The translations under genes and the position numbers were made by a program. This document shows positions 1 to 7,162 of a stretch of 64,000 nucleotides of DNA, piece by piece (position 1 is the first letter of the stretch; each line of letters begins with the position of its first letter). The DNA comes from Candidatus Shapirobacteria bacterium (GTDB taxonomy: Bacteria; Patescibacteriota; Microgenomatia; UM-FILTER-40-11), in NCBI GenBank assembly GCA_020059745.1, contig JAGVBK010000004.1:26932-90931 (forward strand), in the 5' to 3' direction. The notes below the pieces were generated by a model. That model did not search any database. It worked only from the letters and a program-made list of their open reading frames with translations, and was not told where the DNA came from.

Positions 1-1647
1 GGTCTCTGAAGTCTCCCTTTGCGGACCAAGGTAAACTGCTCCCAAGTCGCTCATGCCAAAATCAACTACCATAGCCCGGGCAATTTTTGTAGCCTGGGAA
101 ATGTCGTTGGCAGCCCCGGTAGTCATTTCGGAAAAGATAAGCTCTTCAGCCGCCCGGCCACCAAACATTACGGAAATTTGCTCCAAAAGCCTTGTTTTAG
201 TTTCTTGAAAACGATCTCTAACCGGCGGAATTAAAGTGTGACCAAGGCTAATACCGCGGGCAACAATGGAAATTCGATGAACCGGGTCTGCGTTTTTTGA
301 AAAAAAGCTGACTAAAGCATGGCCCGCTTCGTGATAGGCAGTCATTTTTTTGTCTTCCTCAGACTGAAGCCTTCTTTTTTCCGGACCAAGCTTAACCTTA
401 ATGGCTGCTTCTTCTAAGTCGTTGGTGTCAATTTCTTTTTTGCTTGTTCTGGCTGCCAAAATTGCCGCCTCATTAAGCATGTTTTCTAAATCAGCTCCGG
501 AAAAGCCGACTGTTCTTTTGGAAATTTTATCCCAGTTTACTTCTTTGACAAACTTCTTTCCGCGGGCATGAATTGCTAAAATTGCTTTTCTGCCTTCAAT
601 GTCAGGCACATCTAAGGTAACTCTCCTGTCAAACCTGCCCGGCCTTAAAAGAGCTGGATCAAGCAAGTCGCCGCGGTTAGTGGCAGCAATTACCATTACA
701 TTATCATTTGGAGTAAACCCGTCCATTTCCACCAAAATTTGGTTTAAAGTTTGCTCGCGCTCGTCATGACCGCCGTAAAGGCCAGAACCTCTTTGTCTGC
801 CAATAGCATCAATTTCGTCAATAAAAATTATGGCTGGGGCGGCTTTTTTGGCATTGTTAAAAAGATCCCTGACCCGGCTGGCACCAACACCAACAAGCAT
901 TTCCATAAACTCTGAGCCAGCCATGGAGAAAAAAGGCACTCCTGCTTCTCCGGCCACAGCCTTCGCAAGTAAAGTTTTTCCAACGCCGCTTGGCCCAACC
1001 AGCAAAACCCCCTTAGGTGTTCTTGCTCCTAAAAGGCGGTATTTTTGGGGGTGTTTTAAAAAATCAACCACTTCCTGCAGCTCTTCTTTGGCTTCATCTA
1101 CTCCGGCCACATCGGCAAAAGTAATCGCCTGTTTGCCTTTATTAAAAAGTTTTGCTTTTGACTGGCCAAAAGAAAAAATATTATCCTGAGCGCCCTTCGC
1201 CTGTCTGAAAATAAAAAGGAAAAAAGCACCCATTAAAAGAAGGGGCAACAGTGTTCCTAATATTCCTGAAATTACCTGGGCAAAAGACTGATCAATAATG
1301 TTTATGTTAACCGAGGTTGGGTCAATGTCTGCTGCCGAAAAAGTTTGCATCAGGCTTTCGTTGGCTTCTTTTCTGGTAATGAATCTTGACTCGTCTTTAT
1401 AGGTTAAAAGAAGCCTGTCACCGTCAACCGAGATCTCTTTCACCTTGTCTTCCCTCACGTCCGTTAAGGCCCTGGAAAGATCAATCTCTTCTGCTGCTAT
1501 TCCCGGTCTTAACAAAGAGGACAAAAAAGAAAGACCAAGCATAATGATTAAAAACCACACCAATAAATTTTTAGGCGAGAGATTAAAACGAAGCTCGATC
1601 TTTTTTTGTCTTTTTTTGTCTTGACTGCTCTTATTTACTTTTTCCAT
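1..1647 (-). CDS. ftsH: ATP-dependent zinc metalloprotease FtsH (C-terminus runs off the window start)
   Basis: Absent from the ORF track because it is open at position 1. Minus-strand translation from ATG 1647..1645 gives N-terminal TM segments. It also gives Walker [12 protein letters not shown] (revcomp of about 975-1010), [15 protein letters not shown], and zinc motif AYHEAGHA (revcomp of about 317-340). Plus-strand ORFs 19..234 and 830..1189 are antisense shadows. Confidence 0.93.
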   Translation of the reverse strand, partial: MEKVNKSSQDKKRQKKIELRFNLSPKNLLVWFLIIMLGLSFLSSLLRPGIAAEEIDLSRALTDVREDKVKEISVDGDRLLLTYKDESRFITRKEANESLMQTFSAADIDPTSVNINIIDQSFAQVISGILGTLLPLLLMGAFFLFIFRQAKGAQDNIFSFGQSKAKLFNKGKQAITFADVAGVDEAKEELQEVVDFLKHPQKYRLLGARTPKGVLLVGPSGVGKTLLAKAVAGEAGVPFFSMAGSEFMEMLVGVGASRVRDLFNNAKKAAPAIIFIDEIDAIGRQRGSGLYGGHDEREQTLNQILVEMDGFTPNDNVMVIAATNRGDLLDPALLRPGRFDRRVTLDVPDIEGRKAILAIHARGKKFVKEVNWDKISKRTVGFSGADLENMLNEAAILAARTSKKEIDTNDLEEAAIKVKLGPEKRRLQSEEDKKMTAYHEAGHALVSFFSKNADPVHRISIVARGISLGHTLIPPVRDRFQETKTRLLEQISVMFGGRAAEELIFSEMTTGAANDISQATKIARAMVVDFGMSDLGAVYLGPQRETSET

Positions 1648-1823
1648 TTAAATCTGAAAAAGAGGATTTTTACTTGCTTTTTCTGGCTAATTTTACCATC
1701 TTTTTAAGCGTTTCACAATAGCCTCAGATTAGCCTCGGAAATGCCTGGAAACTGCTCGCTTAAAGGACCCATTTTCTTTATCCTCTCCTTGCCATAACTC
1801 TTCAAGGCGTTACAGAAAAATAA

Positions 1824-1841
1824 CTCTTACTGTCTTCATAC
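1824..1841 (+). promoter_or_regulatory. direct heptamer pair CTCTTAC-tgtc-TTCATAC (weaker member of the recurrent TTCTTAC-N4-TTATTAC motif)
   Basis: Two 7-nt repeats in 11-bp register, 69 nt upstream of ATG 1911. Same architecture as sites at 42150, 44234, 46183, 48944, 50139, 52191, 53731 and 55421. Confidence 0.35.
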
Positions 1842-1910
1842 ACCGCTTTAATTAACCTTTTTTTGAAAAATTATAGTTTGACCCTGCATGAGGAAGGAGG
1901 TGAAAAGATA

Positions 1911-2528
1911 ATGATAAAAAAAAGGCTTCTGATAAGTCTGGTGGGGTTTGTCATGATTATTGCCGCTTTTCTCAGCCCAACCTTTGCCGCAACGCCAGTA
2001 CAAGCTCAAGACCTCACTTATGAGATTTTAAGAGGTATCCCTGTTTTACCTCATTGTCCAAAACCTGGAGGAGAGCTGATTGTAAGCCATGACGAAGGCT
2101 TTCACCAAATTCCCGGCAACGGACTCTTGGAAGGCTCGGACCAGGTTTTCCGGGTCGGAGACAGACTGTTCGTGCAGTGTTATTGTCCTCCCGAAGAATC
2201 GGGAATTACCACCGGGATTGAGGCTCAGTGGATTCATGAATCTTACCTGACCCCAGAACAAGAACAATTCGTGCAAGACCTTGGCTGGATAAGGATTGAA
2301 GACGGCACCCAATGGGGCCTTCCCGCCGGAGTTTATTTTGTCAACAACAGTTTCTTTAAGTGTAAGGAAGAAAAAGCTTGTCCAATTATTGACGACAAAA
2401 TTGTTGAAAAGAAAGAAGAGGTAAAGGAAAGAGTTGCAGAGAGAAAAGAGGAACTTAAAGAAAGACTGGCCGAGAGAAAAGAAGAGATTCAGGAAAGAAT
2501 AAATCAAAGACTAAGTTGGCAAATGTAA
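1911..2528 (+). CDS. hypothetical secreted protein with C-terminal Lys/Glu-rich coiled coil
   Basis: ORF track 1863..2528. Preferred start is ATG 1911, preceded by GGAGG at 1896-1900. It has a signal-peptide-like N-terminus (LLISLVGFVMIIAAFLSPTFA) and a KE-repeat tail (ERVAERKEELKERLAERKEEIQER). Confidence 0.6.
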   Translation: MIKKRLLISLVGFVMIIAAFLSPTFAATPVQAQDLTYEILRGIPVLPHCPKPGGELIVSHDEGFHQIPGNGLLEGSDQVFRVGDRLFVQCYCPPEESGITTGIEAQWIHESYLTPEQEQFVQDLGWIRIEDGTQWGLPAGVYFVNNSFFKCKEEKACPIIDDKIVEKKEEVKERVAERKEELKERLAERKEEIQERINQRLSWQM

Positions 2529-2536
2529 CTTAAGTC

Positions 2537-2580
2537 AAAAAATGTTAAAACCCCCTTCCCTGGGGGTTTTAACATTTTTG
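2537..2580. terminator. bidirectional rho-independent terminator
   Basis: A 17-bp perfect stem, aaaatgttaaaaccccc (2539-2555) with gggggttttaacatttt (2562-2578). An A-run precedes it and a T-run follows. It sits between the convergent CDS 1911..2528 (+) and tRNA-Trp (-). Confidence 0.8.
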
Positions 2581-2651
2581 CAGGGGCGGAGGGAATCGGA
2601 CCCCCGATAGGGGTTTTGGAGACCCCTGTTATACCACTTAACTACGCCCCT
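2581..2651 (-). tRNA. trnW: tRNA-Trp (anticodon CCA)
   Basis: Manual cloverleaf on the minus strand: AGGGGCG TA GTTA AGTGGTA TAAC A GGGGT CTCCAAA ACCCC TATC GGGGG TCCGATT CCCTC CGCCCCT G. All stems pair, discriminator is G, and CCA is not encoded. ORF 2535..2747 (-) overlapping it is spurious. Confidence 0.9.
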
Positions 2652-2792
2652 TAATAAAAAATCCGCCTTGCTGGCGGAAAACAAAAAAGAAGTCCCAGCC
2701 ATACTTCTTTCTATGATAATTTTAACTATTTCCCTTTCTAAAGTCAAATAGACAGTCTTGCTTTTTAGCCTTAAAAATTGTAAATTCTAGCC

Positions 2793-3089
2793 ATGGGTTT
2801 TATTAAAAGAACCGAAGATTTTGTTTGCGAAAATTGTGGCGCTTTGGTTAAAGGAAACGGCTTTACCAACCACTGCCCTAACTGCCTTTTTAGCAAGCAT
2901 GTAGACAAAGAAACTCCCGGAGACAGGAAATCTTCCTGTCTTGGTTTAATGGAACCTGTAGCAGTTGAAACCAAAGCCGGAAGCTTTAGTGTTGTTCACC
3001 GCTGCCTTAAATGCGGGAAAACCATTAAAAACAAAGCTGGTGATAAGGATAATTTTGAGGAACTTTTAAAACTCTCTCAAAAGGGTTGA
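2793..3089 (+). CDS. RNHCP domain-containing zinc-ribbon protein
   Basis: 98 aa with CENCG...TNHCPNC...CLKCG, the signature of the RNHCP family (two CxxC knuckles plus the NHCP motif). Confidence 0.75.
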   Translation: MGFIKRTEDFVCENCGALVKGNGFTNHCPNCLFSKHVDKETPGDRKSSCLGLMEPVAVETKAGSFSVVHRCLKCGKTIKNKAGDKDNFEELLKLSQKG

Positions 3090-3114
3090 CCTTGAAGCTA
3101 TTTAAAGCTATAAT
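3086..3114 (+). promoter_or_regulatory. sigma70-type promoter for the tRNA(CAT) genes
   Basis: TTGACC (3086-3091), a 17-nt spacer, then TATAAT (3109-3114). The tRNA 5' end at 3127 is 12 nt downstream of the -10. Confidence 0.5.
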
Positions 3115-3126
3115 ATAGTGTATACG

Positions 3127-3196
3127 CGCGGGGTAGTGTAAAGTCGCACGCGAGGCTCATAATCTCGCAGACCAGGCGCAATTCCTGGCCCCGCAA
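3127..3196 (+). tRNA. tRNA-Met (CAT), initiator-like (C1xA72 mismatch) with atypical D- and T-loops
   Basis: CGCGGGG TA GTGT AAAGTC GCAC G CGAGG CTCATAA TCTCG CAGA CCAGG CGCAATT CCTGG CCCCGCA A. The acceptor start CGCGGGG and the C1-A72 mismatch match bacterial initiators. The D-loop lacks GG, the T-loop lacks TTC, and the anticodon stem lacks three G-C pairs. Confidence 0.65.
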
Positions 3197-3260
3197 CAAA
3201 ATAAAGCTCCTTAAATTGTTTAGGGGCTTTTTTATTGATATAATCACCTTACTTTTTTAA

Positions 3261-3334
3261 GGCAAGGTAGCTCAGTCGGTCAGAGCGCGGCACTCATAAC
3301 GCCGAGGTCGAGGGTTCGATCCCCTCCCTTGCTA
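3261..3334 (+). tRNA. tRNA with CAT anticodon (elongator Met or lysidine-type Ile2; cannot be distinguished by eye)
   Basis: Canonical cloverleaf: GGCAAGG TA GCTC AGTCGGTCA GAGC G CGGCA CTCATAA CGCCG AGGTC GAGGG TTCGATC CCCTC CCTTGCT A. Confidence 0.9.
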
Positions 3335-3451
3335 CTAAAATCTTTTTAAAAAAGGGTGCATTTTTTTAGCTTCAAATTAGCCTCAAATTAATGATTGACT
3401 TTTCTTTACTTTTTTTTCTTAATTATTAATGTAAAATACTATTTTTTTTGC

Positions 3452-4489
3452 ATGGCTGACAGTAACGACGAAACACTAAAAGAAGACAGCAAGCCTCCCG
3501 GTTTGGACTTTATCTGCTCTTTTTTTAATGCCCAAACAATCGAACCTCTGGAAAGTAACCTCTTGCAAGTAAAAAGGCAAAATGTGGTGGTCAGGGTAGA
3601 AACTAACCTTGAAGTCTGCCGTCAACTTTTTGAAAAATTCAGCCCTAAAAAAACCCTTTTTGAGCTTTGGGGTTTTCGTTACGCTTTTTACCTTGGCTAC
3701 AAAAACCAGCCTGTTTTTCTTATCTTTGAAAAAGCCGGAGAGCCTTTAGGCTTACTTCCTTTGTGGTATGAGAAAGACAAAGACGAGCTTAGGTGGTTCG
3801 GCTCCTGGTGGCAAGAAGGTAACACTTTCTGGTTTAAGGATAAATCAATAATTCCCCTTGTTTTTTCCCTTTTTGAACAAAAAGTGCTTTTAAACGCTTT
3901 AAGCATGGGGGTGAAAACCGCCAGAAGGCTTGGCCTAACCAGCGATGACCCCAAGTTTTTGTTGTCCCTGGAGCAATACCCTTCTCTTGACTCCTTCCTT
4001 TGCCGATTTAACAGAAAAAAAAAGTACAATCTTAACCGCGACCGAAGAATTATCCTAAGCAAAAACCCTAAAACTATCTTTAACCGTTTCGAAGATATTG
4101 AGAGGCTTTTTGAACTGAGCATTAAAAGGTTTGAAAATAAAGACCTTTCTGCTTTTGTTCAAGAACAAAGAAAACAAACCTTTAGAGAGATTATAAGACA
4201 AAAAGGAGAATATGAAATTAGAACAGTTACCACGGAAATTAATAGTGAAGTTGTGGGGGTTGATTTAATTGCCCTTCACAGGGGCGTTTATTATGCCCTT
4301 AATGGCGCCTATGATATTGAAAAACATCCCGGCCTAGGAAACTACACTAACCTTCTTTTAATTCAGGATGCCATTGACCTAGGTATGAAAGCGGTTGATT
4401 TTCTCGAGGTGTCTTATGGTTGGAAGGAAGATTGGTTTAAGCCAATACCTCTTTTCCAGTTTAATAAAATTGAACCTAAAGCTTCTTAA
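3452..4489 (+). CDS. GNAT-fold acetyltransferase, FemAB/BioF2-like (Acetyltransf_6-type)
   Basis: ORF track 3395..4489. The first 19 codons are AT-rich junk, so ATG 3452 (MADSNDE) is preferred. The C-terminal half (EIRTVTTEINSEVVGVDLIALHRGVYYALNGAYD...VDFLEVSYGWKEDW) resembles the GNAT family involved in cellulose and peptidoglycan-bridge synthesis. Confidence 0.5.
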   Translation: MADSNDETLKEDSKPPGLDFICSFFNAQTIEPLESNLLQVKRQNVVVRVETNLEVCRQLFEKFSPKKTLFELWGFRYAFYLGYKNQPVFLIFEKAGEPLGLLPLWYEKDKDELRWFGSWWQEGNTFWFKDKSIIPLVFSLFEQKVLLNALSMGVKTARRLGLTSDDPKFLLSLEQYPSLDSFLCRFNRKKKYNLNRDRRIILSKNPKTIFNRFEDIERLFELSIKRFENKDLSAFVQEQRKQTFREIIRQKGEYEIRTVTTEINSEVVGVDLIALHRGVYYALNGAYDIEKHPGLGNYTNLLLIQDAIDLGMKAVDFLEVSYGWKEDWFKPIPLFQFNKIEPKAS

Positions 4490-4845
4490 AAACCAAAATA
4501 TGAAAGCCATTTTTGGAGATTCGAAGGCTCTTTTGGTGCTTCTTTGGGAATTTCCGTAATAATTGGGTCAAAAGTAATTTCGGCTGCACCACTAGCATCG
4601 CCCACTCCTAAAAGCTTTCTTGCCTCTTCGTCAAGAAATTTTGGACTTTGAACTTCTTGAAGCCTTACTTTTAAAGCTTTATTTTTTTCTTCCAGGCTTT
4701 CAAGCTCTTTTTCCTTATCAACAATTTTTTTAGATATTCTTAAGTAAACAAAAACATGTCTTAAACTGCCTATGGCCAGACTAACAGTTATGATAATTAA
4801 AAAAAGAGGGTATATTTTTTTTGCAAAGGAATTTGTTGACATCAA
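4486..4845 (-). CDS. septum formation initiator family protein (FtsB/DivIC-like)
   Basis: It has a single N-terminal TM and a coiled coil (KEKELESLEEKNKALKVRLQEV). These are followed by SPKFLDEEARKLLGVG, matching the DivIC/FtsB signature. Confidence 0.75.
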   Translation of the reverse strand: MMSTNSFAKKIYPLFLIIITVSLAIGSLRHVFVYLRISKKIVDKEKELESLEEKNKALKVRLQEVQSPKFLDEEARKLLGVGDASGAAEITFDPIITEIPKEAPKEPSNLQKWLSYFGF

Positions 4846-4876
4846 ACTTGTCTGATGATATTATGGGACAGTATAA

Positions 4877-5740
4877 ATGAACAATTCTATAACCATTAAA
4901 GATGCTTCGGAAAAATTTTCCGAATTTTTAAAAAACCAGAAAAGAGCTTCAGCTACAATATTAGCATACACCAATGATATTGCGCAGTTGGCGAAGTTTC
5001 TTGAAGGAAAAGGAGTAGCGGCAACCACAGCCGTTAATCAGCCATTGCTTGAAGAATTTAAAGAAAACCTAAATTCAAGAGGCTATACTGCCAAATCCGT
5101 TTCCAGAAAAATAAACTCCATAAAAACTTTTTTCCGCTTTCTTAAAACAGAAGGCTATATTGAAACTGACCCGGCTGTTTCCGTTGCCCACCCAAAATAC
5201 GAGGTAAAACCGCCAAGAGTCCTTTCAAAGCTAGAATACCGAGCTTTAAGAGATGCTTGCCGCGGAGATGCCAGAATTTCTGCCATTGTTGAGTTGATGC
5301 TTCAAACCGGAATCAGGATCGGTGAAGTGGCAAACCTGAATTTAGAAGACTACAAAGGAGACGAAATTGTAATTAAGCCCTACGAATCACACGAAGGCAG
5401 AACTATTCCTCTAAACAAAGCTGCCAAAGAAGCTTTAGAAAAATATTTAAAAGAAAGGCCGGAAGTCAAAGAAAATGCTATTTTTGTAACTAAAACTGGC
5501 AGACCTTTTCTTATAAGAAACATTCGCTCTTCTATTGAGCGCTATTTTGAGCTAGCGGGAATCAAGGACGCAAAAGTAAATGATTTAAGGCACACCTGGG
5601 TTTACCATCATTTAGCAGCCGGTACCCCCCTCATTACCATCTCCAAATTGGCAGGACACAAAAGACTTTCCACTACAGAAAAATACCTGAAACTTCTTGG
5701 CGAGAAAAAAGAAGGCGCCGTTAAACTTGAAGAACTATAA
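4877..5740 (+). CDS. tyrosine recombinase, XerC/XerD family
   Basis: N-terminal SAM-like domain, catalytic region TGIRIGEV (Arg), LRHTWVYHH (His-x-x-Arg region), and GHKRLSTTEKYLKL (Tyr nucleophile). Confidence 0.85.
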   Translation: MNNSITIKDASEKFSEFLKNQKRASATILAYTNDIAQLAKFLEGKGVAATTAVNQPLLEEFKENLNSRGYTAKSVSRKINSIKTFFRFLKTEGYIETDPAVSVAHPKYEVKPPRVLSKLEYRALRDACRGDARISAIVELMLQTGIRIGEVANLNLEDYKGDEIVIKPYESHEGRTIPLNKAAKEALEKYLKERPEVKENAIFVTKTGRPFLIRNIRSSIERYFELAGIKDAKVNDLRHTWVYHHLAAGTPLITISKLAGHKRLSTTEKYLKLLGEKKEGAVKLEEL

Positions 5741-5765
5741 ATTTTTCATCTTATCAAATTAGACC

Positions 5766-5778
5766 AATTTGTCTAATT
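5766..5778. repeat. left arm of inverted repeat flanking the four-helix-bundle pseudogene (AATTTGTCTAATT)
   Basis: The 13-nt aatttgtctaatt at 5766-5778 is the exact reverse complement of aattagacaaatt at 6337-6349. It is embedded in AATTAGNC short repeats. Confidence 0.6.
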
Positions 5779-6329
5779 AGACTAATTCGTTCTTCTTTAA
5801 GAATTCTCGTCTCTTTCTAAACAAATTCTCTCTAAATCCCCCCTCCTCTACAAACTTTTTCTCTTGAGCTCTAAGTAATTGATCCAAAAGAAAGGTTTCT
5901 TTATAAATCAGGCAAATCATTAGGTTTGCAAACCCTTCGGGCTTTTCCAAACTCAAATTTGCCCAATTAGACAAATTAGCCAAATTAGTCTCTTTATCAG
6001 TTGTCTCTCGGAAAGCTCTAATCTTCAAAACCCTCTACTATCATTCTTTGACCAAAGGGAAAGTTTTCTTCTCCTTAGAAAGTCCTTAAAATCTTCGAGA
6101 AGTTCACCATAACTGGCCCTCGCCACCCCGGTAAGTTTAATGTTCCCTCAAAACTTTTTTCAAGAGAACCTTCAACAATATTCTGTTTACCTGATCTTGA
6201 GGCCTGGATCATTTGTTCAACCGTCCTTTTTTCAGAATATTCAGGGAGAAATTTCTGACAGAAGAGGATTGTTCCGTCGTCAATCGTTACCGCCAGCCTA
6301 TAAACAAGTAAGCTTTCACACCCTCCCAT
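5777..6329 (-). pseudogene. four-helix-bundle protein with suffix domain (23S rRNA IVS-type), disrupted by two frame changes
   Basis: ORFs 6329..6075 (…RTVEQMIQASRSGKQNIVEGS…) and 6028..5777 (…LICLIYKETFLLDQLLRAQEKKFVEEGGFRENLFRKRRE) are the ends of one family member. The conserved middle, KLTGVARASYGELLEDFKDFLRRRKLSLW, is readable only in a third frame across 6135..6030. Confidence 0.7.
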
Positions 6330-6336
6330 GTTTCCA

Positions 6337-6349
6337 AATTAGACAAATT
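6337..6349. repeat. right arm of inverted repeat flanking the four-helix-bundle pseudogene
   Basis: See the left arm at 5766-5778. The surrounding sequence 6334-6369 carries three AATTAG(A/T)C units. Confidence 0.6.
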
Positions 6350-6369
6350 TTTCCAATTAGTCAAATTAG

Positions 6370-6410
6370 TGGACCAGCTTGGATTCGAACCAAGGACTTC
6401 CAACTTATAA
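6370..6410 (-). pseudogene. tRNA 3' half fragment W (from anticodon-loop TTATAA to discriminator)
   Basis: Minus strand: TTATAA GTTGG AAGTC CTTGG TTCGAAT CCAAG CTGGTCC A. The T-arm is perfect. The acceptor strand CTGGTCC is the exact complement of the 5' half at 6628-6634. No 5' partner exists for its anticodon stem. Confidence 0.7.
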
Positions 6411-6444
6411 TTTGCTTCGCAAAATATACTCTTTGGACCTTGTG

Positions 6445-6485
6445 TGGACGCGCCTGGAATCGGACCAGGGACCTGTTGTTTATAA
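6445..6485 (-). pseudogene. tRNA 3' half fragment Z (from anticodon-loop TTATAA to discriminator)
   Basis: Minus strand: TTATAA ACAAC AGGTC CCTGG TCCGATT CCAGG CGCGTCC A. ACAAC is the exact complement of the anticodon-stem strand GTTGT of the 5' half X. The acceptor strand pairs with X at only 5 of 7 positions. Confidence 0.7.
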
Positions 6486-6514
6486 CGCACAAAGCGCGGT
6501 ATACCGAATTTGGA

Positions 6515-6589
6515 TGGTGGAGCCAGATGGACTCGAACCATCGACGGCTACTTTATAAGAGTAGTGCTCTACCACTGAGCTATGGCTCC
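6515..6589 (-). tRNA. tRNA-Ile (anticodon TAT) with encoded CCA
   Basis: GGAGCCA TA GCTC AGTGGTA GAGC A CTACT CTTATAA AGTAG CCGTC GATGG TTCGAGT CCATC TGGCTCC A CCA. All four stems are perfect Watson-Crick, with anticodon positions 34-36 reading TAT. Confidence 0.88.
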
Positions 6590-6596
6590 AAATTCG

Positions 6597-6635
6597 TTAT
6601 AAGACAACCGCTCTAACCACTGAGTTACTGGTCCC
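6597..6635 (-). pseudogene. tRNA 5' half fragment X (acceptor to anticodon-loop TTATAA)
   Basis: Minus strand: G GGACCAG TA ACTC AGTGGTTA GAGC G GTTGT C TTATAA. This is followed by CGAATTT and then directly by the intact tRNA at 6589. The D-stem has an A10-C25 mismatch. Confidence 0.7.
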
Positions 6636-6639
6636 TACT

Positions 6640-7149
6640 TTAGCCCAAAAAGCTTGTATACTTACTTTCCCTATTATACCAAAACCCAGCCTTGTTTTGG
6701 GTTCTGAAACGGTCAGGGAAAATCGGTTTTAGCCAAGCAGAGTGGTGCTCTTTAGGTATTTGGTGAAAAGATAAAGATAAAGAGAGCTCTTCAAAACTGT
6801 CTGCCGGCATAACGGCAACTGACGGAACAGCTCTTTTTTCCTCTTCGTCTAAAAACTGCTGGTAGGTCGGGTCAACCGCAAAGACCTTATCCTTATAAGG
6901 CAGCCTCAAAAAAACATGTTCTTTGTAAAAGCCATTAGGATAAAAAAGCCTGGTATAAACCGGAGACAAAAGAGGAAAAGCTCTTCTTAGCTTTTGCCTC
7001 ATCGCCCATACTATGGAAAAACATTGCTCTGAATCAGGGCCGACTGGTTTTTGCAGTGTTTGAGAAACAAGAAAAAAAGCTTCTGAAGCCGCCTTGTTGA
7101 TGCTTGCACCAATTCCCGATTCATCGCTTTGGTTTACTCTTTCAAGCAT
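6640..7149 (-). CDS. hypothetical protein
   Basis: ORF track 6640..7197. An internal Met (MLERVNQ, 7149) avoids a 35-nt overlap with the upstream gene, so the start is uncertain. No recognisable motif. Confidence 0.5.
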   Translation of the reverse strand: MLERVNQSDESGIGASINKAASEAFFLVSQTLQKPVGPDSEQCFSIVWAMRQKLRRAFPLLSPVYTRLFYPNGFYKEHVFLRLPYKDKVFAVDPTYQQFLDEEEKRAVPSVAVMPADSFEELSLSLSFHQIPKEHHSAWLKPIFPDRFRTQNKAGFWYNRESKYTSFLG

Positions 7150-7162
7150 TAGAAAGATAATA

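Noticed and set aside
19-1189. Plus-strand ORFs 19..234 and 830..1189
   Set aside because: They lie antisense to an unmistakable ftsH reading frame (Walker A, HEAGH) that the ORF track omits because it is open-ended. They have no motifs of their own.
2535-2974. Minus-strand ORFs 2535..2747 and 2771..2974
   Set aside because: The first is made of tRNA-Trp plus terminator hairpins. The second is antisense to the well-supported RNHCP gene.
3395-3451. N-terminal extension of the GNAT gene (MTFLYFFFLIINVKYYFFC)
   Set aside because: The translation is from an AT-rich promoter-like sequence. It is hydrophobic junk with a non-ATG start, so ATG 3452 is preferred.
6140-6616. ORFs 6140..6616 (+) and 6287..6541 (-)
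   Set aside because: They run through the four-helix-bundle pseudogene (antisense) and the tRNA and tRNA-fragment array. Their translation reflects tRNA sequence, not protein coding.
4877-6635. Calling recombinase plus tRNA fragments a defined integrative mobile element
   Set aside because: The recombinase looks like a housekeeping XerC/D-type enzyme. It is flanked by core genes (ftsB-like), and no element boundaries or cargo can be delimited. The observation is kept as a finding about the tRNA locus only.
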